From: an uncultured Spirochaetota bacterium
GTDB taxonomy: Bacteria; Spirochaetota; Spirochaetia; SZUA-6; Fen-1364
Length of the DNA: 64,000 nt
Assembly (NCBI GenBank): GCA_963820525.1
Contig: CAWGAA010000001.1
Location: forward strand, 352,001 to 416,000
Direction: 5' to 3'
The stretch's first letter is position 1; every line of letters starts with the position of its first letter. Both the position numbers and the translations under genes were made by a program. Shown here piece after piece: positions 1 through 9,897 of the stretch. The notes beneath the pieces are model-generated. The model searched no databases. It saw only the letters and a program-made list of their open reading frames with translations, and was not told the DNA's origin.

Positions 1-926
1 ATGCCGATGGAGACCGTCACGTGAAACTCATCCGAATTGTACGAGAAATGACAGGCCTCCATCTCCTTTCGGAAGCGCTCGCCGATCCTCACGGCCTGCG
101 TCTCGGTGGAATTGGAGAGAACGACGAAGAACTCCTCCCCGCCGTAGCGGCCCGCGTAGTCGTACTTTCGAAGGCCGTTCTGGAGCCTGGCGCCGATCTC
201 GCGGATCACGATGTCTCCGCACTGGTGGCCGTAGTTGTCATTGATGTCCTTGAAGTGGTCGATATCGATCATCAGACCCGTCAGGGGGAGCTCGAGGCGG
301 ATGGCGCGGTCGATCTCGACCGCGATCCTGTGGAAGAGGCTCCGCCTGTTGAGCAGGCCCGAAAGGCTGTCATAGGCCGCGATCAGCTCCAGCTCCTTGT
401 TCGCTTTCTCCAGCTCCTCGTTGAGCCGTCTGATCTTCTCATAGGCTTCCTTGAGGTTCCTGTTCTGATCCAGGACGAGCGAGGAGAGCCTTTCCTCCTC
501 TGCCACGGCAATTCTGTAAAACTCCCTTTCCTTTATCAGGTTGGCCTGGCTCTGCCATCGCATGTACGCCGCCATGACCCTGGCCTGGAGCTCGTTCATG
601 TCGAAGGGTTTTTTTAGAAAATCGTCGGAGCCCACCTCGATGGACCTGTGGATCTCCTCCTCCTGGCGCACGGTGGAGAGCAGGAGGATCTGGAGAGGGG
701 TCTCGTGGTGCGACTTCCTGATCTGCCGGCAAAGCTCGTAGCCGTCGATGTCGGGCAGGCTCGTGGTGAGGAGGATGATGTGAACCTCCTCCTCTGCGAG
801 GATGCGCAGGGTATCCCCCCCATTGGATGCCTGAAGGATGCGATACCCCTGGCCCTGCAGGGCCTCGACCATGAGGCGCGCGTCCTCGGCATTGTTCTCC
901 GCGATCAGTACATTCGCCGTCGCCAT
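1..926 (-). CDS. Diguanylate cyclase, REC + coiled coil + GGDEF (PleD/WspR-like); 3' end runs off the window
   Basis: Absent from the ORF track because it has no stop in the window. Manual translation from ATG 926: MATANVLIAENNAED...DDFLKKPF (receiver), then DSLSGLLNRR, IDIDHFKDINDNYGHQCGD, RKYD (RxxD I-site) and RYGGEEF. Confidence 0.92.
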   Translation of the reverse strand, partial: MATANVLIAENNAEDARLMVEALQGQGYRILQASNGGDTLRILAEEEVHIILLTTSLPDIDGYELCRQIRKSHHETPLQILLLSTVRQEEEIHRSIEVGSDDFLKKPFDMNELQARVMAAYMRWQSQANLIKEREFYRIAVAEEERLSSLVLDQNRNLKEAYEKIRRLNEELEKANKELELIAAYDSLSGLLNRRSLFHRIAVEIDRAIRLELPLTGLMIDIDHFKDINDNYGHQCGDIVIREIGARLQNGLRKYDYAGRYGGEEFFVVLSNSTETQAVRIGERFRKEMEACHFSYNSDEFHVTVSIG

Positions 927-966
927 TCCCGTCCCGTTTCAAGGCTAATATAGCGCATACCGGGCT

Positions 967-2529
967 TTACGACACGCGCAAAACTCTCAAGAGCAGCTGG
1001 AAAAGCCCGATGACGAAGCCCAGAATCGCGCCGAAAACATCGATCCAGCGCAGGTGGCTGGCGATCACCTCCAGGAGGAGCCTCTCCACATCCTTCACAT
1101 CAAGGGCGTCGATTTTCTGCACGACGAGCTCTTCCACGTCGATGCCCTTGAGGATCTCCGGCAGCTTCGCGTCAACCAGGCCGATCAGCCGATCCGTGAG
1201 AAACGCGTCCAGCTTCCCCTTGGCCTCCGAATCGAGGTGGAGGATCGTGCCGATGGGGGTCTGGGCATTGTCGCTCAGGAACCTTTCCAAAAACCCGGCC
1301 AGTTCATGCGAAAAGAGACCCGATGTCTCCTTTCTCCCCAAGTACTCGAGGAGGCGGTTGGAAAGCCCGTCGACGATCTGTTCTTCCCGAAGCCCCAGGA
1401 ACCGCAATGCGAGGTTCCCCAGGGTCGGGTCACCGGTGCCGAGGAGCTTGTCCATAATCGTGTCGGCCGCCTTTTCTCTCCGCTCCGGGCTTTCGAGCTC
1501 CGAGAGAAAGCCGCTTACGATGGTGGTGAGCGCTTCCGTGAGTCTTTCCATCCCCTGACCGTCGCGACCCGAAGCCAGGCTTCCCCGCCAGTCGCGGAGG
1601 GCCTCGGCGATCATCGAGAGGATGGCGCGCTGGTTGACGGGGTCGCGCGCCGTTGCCTCCAGGGTGGCGATCGTGTCGTCCACGATCTCCGGCATCTTCT
1701 CGTCGAGCCTCCGATCGAACTGGCCGGCGGACAGGAGGAACCGCTGGAGGAGATTGAGCTTTTCCAGAATCCCGGAAAGAAGCCGCCTCCCCTTCGACTC
1801 GAGCTCCGCGTGCATCCGGCTGGAGTGGAGCCATTCAACCAGGCGGTCCACGGCAGGGTCCATGAGAGGCTCGACGATGCCGGCCGCCGCGTCAATGAGG
1901 GGGTCCGAGAGGAGATCCGCGGCCCTCTCGCTTATCGATAGGGCCACGGAGAGCGCGAGAGATTCGCGGGTGCCTTTCTCCGCGAGCAGGGGAAGCAGCC
2001 TCTCGGAGAGAAGCGGCCGAAGCTCCAGACGGTTCGCCAGCTCCCGCGCCTTGAGCGCTCCGAGCGAGGAAACGATGCGGCCCAGGATGTCCCGCACGGC
2101 ATAGATGCCGGCCCGGGAGCTGAAAAAGCGGGTGAGCAGATCCCCCAAGATGGTCTTCAGCGAGGAGGAGAGAGCGGAGGAGGCGTTTGCCGAAAGCCCC
2201 GAGAGGGGGGTCGAAAGCAGGCGCGAACTCAAGGAGGAGACGCTCGCGGCAAGCTGTGCCCTGGTCTTCTGGGATCCTATCTGCCTTCGGAGGGCTTCCT
2301 CCGTGATGAGCTCGCGCGATACCATCCGGCCGATGCTGCGGGAGAGCACGTAGCGCTCCTTCGGGAAGATCCCGGGCGTGAAAGGAACCCGCAGACCGAA
2401 GACCCTGACCTCCTTGAGCGGCCGGAAGAGCATCCGGATGGCGATGTCATTTGTGACGTAGCCGATGATCGCCCCGATGATGGGCGGTGTAACCCAGGGG
2501 AGAAGCTGGCGGAGAAACGGCAGGATCAT
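967..2529 (-). CDS. DUF445 family membrane-anchored protein
   Basis: N-terminal GAIIGYVTNDIAIRMLFRP and C-terminal LRWIDVFGAILGFVIG; ATG 2529 overlaps the upstream stop (ATGA). Confidence 0.85.
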   Translation of the reverse strand: MILPFLRQLLPWVTPPIIGAIIGYVTNDIAIRMLFRPLKEVRVFGLRVPFTPGIFPKERYVLSRSIGRMVSRELITEEALRRQIGSQKTRAQLAASVSSLSSRLLSTPLSGLSANASSALSSSLKTILGDLLTRFFSSRAGIYAVRDILGRIVSSLGALKARELANRLELRPLLSERLLPLLAEKGTRESLALSVALSISERAADLLSDPLIDAAAGIVEPLMDPAVDRLVEWLHSSRMHAELESKGRRLLSGILEKLNLLQRFLLSAGQFDRRLDEKMPEIVDDTIATLEATARDPVNQRAILSMIAEALRDWRGSLASGRDGQGMERLTEALTTIVSGFLSELESPERREKAADTIMDKLLGTGDPTLGNLALRFLGLREEQIVDGLSNRLLEYLGRKETSGLFSHELAGFLERFLSDNAQTPIGTILHLDSEAKGKLDAFLTDRLIGLVDAKLPEILKGIDVEELVVQKIDALDVKDVERLLLEVIASHLRWIDVFGAILGFVIGLFQLLLRVLRVS

Positions 2530-2978
2530 CGCAGCTTTTCCGCGTACTTCTCCGCCTTGAACCGCGAGTCGAACACCTCGAGGTACGACCCGAAGACCCA
2601 TCCCTTCAGGCCGCTGTAGTTGATCCGATACCAGTATGCGCTCTCGCCCTCCATCGTCTCCTCCTTGTCAGATTTGGCGATGATCTCCACAACCACGCCC
2701 ATGCGGATATGGGACATTACATCGGCGCTATTTGTCGGCTCTTCGCGCACCCGCAGAAGCGGAGACTTGACCACCGCCCAGGTAGATCGTATCGTCAGGA
2801 CCGGGGTCGGGGGAAACCGCACGCGCTCGGGGCTCGATTCGCGCCGGCACGACACCGCAGCCGCTACAACGAGCAGAATTGCCGCCAGGAAGAGAAACCA
2901 GGGACCGCGGCCGCGTGCTGATTTTTCCCTCCTGCCTGCAATATACTTATCACTGGATGACTGCGAAAGCGCTCTCAC
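2526..2978 (-). CDS. Bacterial SH3-domain lipoprotein (start uncertain)
   Basis: Hydrophobic stretch ending AVSC (lipobox-like); LRVREEP...WYRINYSGLKGWVFGSYL is an SH3b pattern. Confidence 0.75.
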   Translation of the reverse strand: MRALSQSSSDKYIAGRREKSARGRGPWFLFLAAILLVVAAAVSCRRESSPERVRFPPTPVLTIRSTWAVVKSPLLRVREEPTNSADVMSHIRMGVVVEIIAKSDKEETMEGESAYWYRINYSGLKGWVFGSYLEVFDSRFKAEKYAEKLR

Positions 2979-3580
2979 GAGCCTTACTATTCATTATTTT
3001 ACTCATCTGCACAACAGGGAAGCTTGCGGCGTTCACCCTTGGCTCGTTCAGCCTCGGCGCGACGGTTGGCGGAGCTGCGGTAATCTCTGAGGCGGCCGGT
3101 TTCGGCCCGAAATCCCAGCTTGGGGTTTCCGCTTCCCTCACGGCGGCGTTTCCCTTTTTCGAGGATGCCATTGGTCCCGGCGTCTCCATCTTCACTACAA
3201 ACGTCTGGCCATCCGATCTGGGCGGCGGATTCGGCTACCGGGGCTACTCCGACATGGGACTCAGCGCTTTTGTTCTCGGACAATGGGTAATCGCCTCCTT
3301 AAGCGGTGTGGGGGATTTCCGACTCGGTGGAACCGCGGGAATGAGCGGCTCGATCGCCACCTATCAGTATTCGACCCTCGTCTTTTTCGTTCCTAGCGTG
3401 GATGCCACCGTGTTTCTCGCCTGGACGCCCTCGGCGGCCCCGGAATGGGATTTCACCCTCTCCCTGCCCGCCCGGCTCCTGCTCAGGAAAGACCTAAGCT
3501 ATTCCTACTCACTCGGGCTCCTCCTCGGCGCCGCCTGGGTGCCGGGGGGCCATCCCAAAAGACAGGAAGATTCCCAATGA
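2957..3580 (+). CDS. Exported hypothetical protein, probable small outer-membrane beta-barrel
   Basis: Signal-peptide-like N-terminus, then alternating hydrophobic/Gly-aromatic strands (LGVSASLTAAF, FRLGGTAGMSG, WDFTLSLPA, YSYSLGLLLGAAW); stop overlaps the next ATG. Confidence 0.6.
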   Translation: MTAKALSRALLFIILLICTTGKLAAFTLGSFSLGATVGGAAVISEAAGFGPKSQLGVSASLTAAFPFFEDAIGPGVSIFTTNVWPSDLGGGFGYRGYSDMGLSAFVLGQWVIASLSGVGDFRLGGTAGMSGSIATYQYSTLVFFVPSVDATVFLAWTPSAAPEWDFTLSLPARLLLRKDLSYSYSLGLLLGAAWVPGGHPKRQEDSQ

Positions 3581-4571
3581 CCTCAGGCTTACGATTGACG
3601 ATCCTTGGGGCGGCCGCGACGGCGCTTCTCTCCTGTGCGATGCCGTCACCCTACGTGGGGCACCGCTACGCGCTGGTGTATGGGATAAGCAAGTACATCT
3701 CGAGCTATGCGGACGGTTCGTTTCCGAATCTCACTTTTCCGGCCGCTGATGCCATTTCGCTCGGATCGATGTTCAGCCAGAAGGGATTCGACGAGGTGCG
3801 GGTGCGGACCGTGGATTACAGCGGGAACTATTCGTACACACTGAATGGGAGCCTCCTCGACTCCGCGTCGACCGGCGCGCCGACCAAAGCGAACATCCTG
3901 GCAGATCTTGCGGATTTTTCAGGCATCCTCGGGCCGACGGACACGCTCGTGTTCTATTACTCCGGGCATGGGACTCAGGACTCACAGGCAATCAATGAAT
4001 ATATAATTCCCTTAGGCGCACTTGCGCCCAATGGAATGGGCGGCATTACGATCGATTACTCATCGATGATCAACCAGACTGAGCTTGCGGATGCACTGGC
4101 TGCCATTTCGACCCCACGCAAGGTCATAATCCTCGATTCGTGTTTTTCGGGTGGCTTCATTGACAATGGCCTTGAGGTGGACCTTACACCGCCGGCGTAC
4201 CATGGAACGGCCGATTTCTCACTGTCGCCAGCCACCATTGCCCAGGCCATTGCCAACTACAACAACTTCTCTGCCTCCGGCGGAGATGCGATTTCGCCGT
4301 ACGGGAACGCCGTCGTGCTCGCGGCTGCAGGCGCCAACGAGGAATCTTGGGAGGACTTCACATTTCCAGATGGGACGCAGCTCCAACACGGCGTCATGAC
4401 CTATTTCCTCCTCCAAATCCCCCAGCAGGGAGACCTGAACAAGGATGGGGTCGTCACCGTCATGGAGGCATTCTCGCTGGTGAAGGCCGGAATCGACACG
4501 AAGTGGAACGACGCTGGGGGTCCACTATTCGAGCCCCACGTTTCCGGCGGGCCCGTGGACTTCGTGCTCTT

Positions 4572-4575
<4 letters not shown>
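3577..4575 (+). CDS. Caspase-fold (peptidase C14, metacaspase-like) lipoprotein
   Basis: Lipobox [15 protein letters not shown]; catalytic His in FYYSGHG and Cys in [20 protein letters not shown]-hand-like [12 protein letters not shown]. Confidence 0.88.
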
Positions 4576-6563
<1,988 letters not shown>

Positions 6564-6569
6564 GGCGGC

Positions 6570-7757
6570 CTACTGTCTGCCCGGCCGCTCGATCAGCTTG
6601 ACTGATACGCTCTTCTCCTTGCCGGCCCTCAAAACCTTCACGTTCACGACCTCGCCGGGCTTCGTGTTTTCCAGGGCACCCAGGAAATCCGAGTAGCTGC
6701 CCACCTTCTGGCCGTTCACCTCGATAATGATGTCCCCGCCGCCGTAGATGATCGATCTGCCGTAGCGCACAGCCTTGCTCTGGTCTCCCCCGTGAATCCC
6801 GGCGGCCTGGGCATTGCTTCTGGCAACGGAGACAAGGACCCCTTTCTGCACGGGAAGCCGGAAAGCCCTCACCAGGGCGGGGAAGATGGGCACGTAATCC
6901 ATGTCGATCCAACCGCGCCGCACGGCCCCATACGAGATAAGCTCATCGACGACCCTCTTGGCCGTATTGATGGGAACGGCGAACCCGACCCCGGCCGATG
7001 CGCCGGAGGGAGAATAGATTGCCGTGTTGATGCCGATCAGCTCTCCGCTTGAGTTGAGGAGCGGGCCGCCGGAGTTGCCCGGGTTGATCGCGGCATCGGT
7101 CTGGATCGTCTCCCTGATCACGTAGCCGTCCTCGGTCTGGAGGGGCCGTGCCAGGCCGGAGACGATGCCCGTGGTGAGAGTCCTGTCGAACCCGAAGGGG
7201 TTTCCGATTGCCAGCACCTTCTGCCCAATTTTCAAGCCCGTCGAGGAGCCGAACTGTATCGTGGTGAGGGCCTTTCCTTTGGGATCGAAGCGCAGCACGG
7301 CCAGATCGTTTTCCGGGTCTTCTCCGACGACTTTTCCCTCCACCTCGGTGCCGTCGGCAAGCGTGATGCTGAGCTGCTCCGCGTCCTTGATGACGTGTCG
7401 ATTGGTGAGCACATGGCCGATTAAATCGATGATGACCCCGGACCCGGTGCCCTGCTGGGGCATGGGCTCCAGGAACCAGTTGTATTCCACGGTCACGCTC
7501 GTGATGTACACGACAGCCTTGTTGACCTTCTGGTAGATGTCGATGTTGTTGAGCTCGTCGTCCGTGAGACTGCCGGGCTTCACGGAGGCTGAATATTGGG
7601 CGGGCTCAACGGGGATGGCGGGCATTCCGGCGCCCTGGCTCTGACCTGAATCGCGCTCGGGAATGGCCACTCTGGCGACAATCGCACCCGCCGCGAGCGC
7701 AAGAGCCCCCAGGATCGAGCACATGATGATGACCTGTCGACTGCTGTAAAGCTTCAT
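6570..7757 (-). CDS. htrA: HtrA/DegS-like trypsin serine protease with one PDZ domain
   Basis: N-terminal TM; catalytic triad TNRHV, ENDLA, GNSGGP; C-terminal PDZ; start reassigned to ATG 7757. Confidence 0.9.
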   Translation of the reverse strand: MKLYSSRQVIIMCSILGALALAAGAIVARVAIPERDSGQSQGAGMPAIPVEPAQYSASVKPGSLTDDELNNIDIYQKVNKAVVYITSVTVEYNWFLEPMPQQGTGSGVIIDLIGHVLTNRHVIKDAEQLSITLADGTEVEGKVVGEDPENDLAVLRFDPKGKALTTIQFGSSTGLKIGQKVLAIGNPFGFDRTLTTGIVSGLARPLQTEDGYVIRETIQTDAAINPGNSGGPLLNSSGELIGINTAIYSPSGASAGVGFAVPINTAKRVVDELISYGAVRRGWIDMDYVPIFPALVRAFRLPVQKGVLVSVARSNAQAAGIHGGDQSKAVRYGRSIIYGGGDIIIEVNGQKVGSYSDFLGALENTKPGEVVNVKVLRAGKEKSVSVKLIERPGRQ

Positions 7758-7848
7758 TGCTGACCCCTCCCGGCAATAATAGCAGGAACTTCGCAGGAGG
7801 GGCAACCGACGTCGAAAGCCCGCGGCCGCCGTCACCATCCGCCGGCCG

Positions 7849-9414
7849 TTACACCTTTGACCAGTAGAAATCGCTGTCGCCGTACCTCCTGAGCTCGATT
7901 GCCTCCAAAAGGTGCGCCGTACGGATGGATTGGGAGCCTTCCAGGTCCGCGATGGTGCGCGCGATCCGGATGATGGAGTGATATGCACGCGAGGATACGG
8001 AAAGCTCACGGGCGCCCTTGATGAGATGGTGCAGGCACTCGGGGTCCAGCGGGCAGTACGTATCGAGAAGACCAGCCGGCATGCGGGCATTGCTTGAGAA
8101 ATCCTGCCCGGCGAAGCGTTTCCGCTGTATCGCGATGGCCAGCGCGACCCTCTCCCGGATCTCTTGCACTTCCTCGCGTCGGCCCGGCCTGCTCATCTCC
8201 TCCGCCGACACGGGGTCAAGCGGCACGCGGATGTCTATGCGGTCCAGGAGCGCCCCTCCGACGCGGCGCCAGTACCTGTGGATTTCCGTTGTGCTGCAGA
8301 TGCAGACGTGGCTGTCCCTGCCCAGGTTTCCGCAGGGACAGGGATTGAAGGCGAGGATGAGCTGGAAAGCGGCCGGGAACCTGACAGTAGCCCCTGCCCT
8401 GGCAATCGAAACCGCTCCATCCTCGATGGGCTCCCGAAGGCCCTGCAGAAGATCCATGCCGAACTCGGGCGCTTCGTCGAGAAAAAGCACTCCGTGATGC
8501 GCGAGGGAGACTTCTCCCGGTTTTAGAGTATGCCCGCCTCCGATTATTCCCTCATTGGATGCGGAGTGATGGGGCATGCGGAAGGGGGGCATCGTCACCA
8601 TCCCTGAGCCCGGCGCGAGGACGCCGGCGATGGAGTGGATCCTGGTCACGGCGAGCGCCTCTTCCCGTGCAAGCGGGGGAATGATGGATTTGAGGCTTCG
8701 CGCGCCCAGCGTTTTTCCGCTTCCAGGTGGGCCGAAGAGAAGGACATGATGCCTGCCCGCCGCCGCAATCTCGAGCGCCCGCTTGAGGTTGTCGTGTCCG
8801 CGGATATGGGATATATCGCAGGAGGTGTCGTCATCGATGGCTCGTGCGGCCCGCGGCGGATCATGCGTCAAAGCCTTTCGGAGCGGCGGTGATTCTCCGC
8901 GTGCTATCCGCAAGACAGCCTCCGCGGCTTCCCGCAGAGATCCGATTCCGTAAATCGATCCCTTTTCCAGTGCCACCGCCTCCTGCACGTTCTCCAGAGG
9001 CACCAGGAAGCTCCCGATCCCCTCCCCCGTGCCGGTGCCGACCGCCGAAAGCACGCCGTTTACAGGCCTTACCCTCCCCGAGAGGTTCAGCTCTCCGAGC
9101 ACCATCACGTCTTTGGCGCTTATAGGGCCGATCTGCCCCGAAGCGGCGAGGATTCCAAGGGCAACCGACAGGTCGTAGGATGCGCCTTCCTTCCTGATCC
9201 CCGCGGGGGCAAGAGAAACGAGGATGCGGTCAGCCGGAAAGGAGAAGCCGCTGTTGCGGATGGCTACGCGGACCCTTTCCTTCGACTCCCGCACGGCACC
9301 GTCCGGAAGCCCCACGATGTCGATGCCGGGAAGGCCGCGGCGGATGTCAACTTCGACGGAGACTAATCGACCTTCGACTCCGGCGGGCGCGTGGCTTGTG
9401 ATGACGGCGAGCAT
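7849..9414 (-). CDS. comM: YifB/ComM Mg-chelatase-like AAA+ ATPase
   Basis: IVGLPDGAVRESKERVR, GPPGSGKT, PFRMPHHS, FLDE, NPCPCG Zn site, IARTIADL. Confidence 0.93.
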   Translation of the reverse strand: MLAVITSHAPAGVEGRLVSVEVDIRRGLPGIDIVGLPDGAVRESKERVRVAIRNSGFSFPADRILVSLAPAGIRKEGASYDLSVALGILAASGQIGPISAKDVMVLGELNLSGRVRPVNGVLSAVGTGTGEGIGSFLVPLENVQEAVALEKGSIYGIGSLREAAEAVLRIARGESPPLRKALTHDPPRAARAIDDDTSCDISHIRGHDNLKRALEIAAAGRHHVLLFGPPGSGKTLGARSLKSIIPPLAREEALAVTRIHSIAGVLAPGSGMVTMPPFRMPHHSASNEGIIGGGHTLKPGEVSLAHHGVLFLDEAPEFGMDLLQGLREPIEDGAVSIARAGATVRFPAAFQLILAFNPCPCGNLGRDSHVCICSTTEIHRYWRRVGGALLDRIDIRVPLDPVSAEEMSRPGRREEVQEIRERVALAIAIQRKRFAGQDFSSNARMPAGLLDTYCPLDPECLHHLIKGARELSVSSRAYHSIIRIARTIADLEGSQSIRTAHLLEAIELRRYGDSDFYWSKV

Positions 9415-9444
9415 TCCCTCCCCCGTGGTGGTACAATGGGGGCG

Positions 9445-9897
9445 TCAGGAATGCCGCTTGAACTCCTCTTCCACCATCCCGTGGCACATCTCGTTGCCGT
9501 GATCTCCCGAATGCCCCATCACCCAACGCCACGAGATCGGGCGCGAGCGGGAAAGCTCCCAGAGCTCGGCCCAGAGATCGGCGTTCATCACGGGCTTCTT
9601 CGCTGTCGTCTTCCACCCGTTCCTTATCCAGGCATGGATCCACTGCGTGATCCCCTTCTGCACGTATTGGGAGTCCGTGGTGAGGGACACGGATGCCGTG
9701 CTCCAGTCGGGATGAGAGGCAAGCGCGGAGAGCGCCTCCCGAACGGCGGTGAGCTCCATGCGGTTGTTGGTTGTCCGGCTCTCGAATCCGGATTTTGAAA
9801 GGGTTTTCTCCCCCGCTCGGATCACGAACGCCCATGCTCCCGGCCCCGGGTTTCCCAGGCAGCCTCCGTCGGTGAATATCTCCACGGCTGCGCTCAC
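9445..9897 (-). CDS. rnhA: Ribonuclease HI
   Basis: FTDGGCLGNPGPG, TTNNRMEL, TDSQYV, NADLW, WVMGHSG. Confidence 0.97.
   Translation of the reverse strand: MSAAVEIFTDGGCLGNPGPGAWAFVIRAGEKTLSKSGFESRTTNNRMELTAVREALSALASHPDWSTASVSLTTDSQYVQKGITQWIHAWIRNGWKTTAKKPVMNADLWAELWELSRSRPISWRWVMGHSGDHGNEMCHGMVEEEFKRHS

Noticed and set aside
21..617. Plus-strand 198-aa ORF
   Set aside because: Antisense shadow of the diguanylate cyclase on the minus strand
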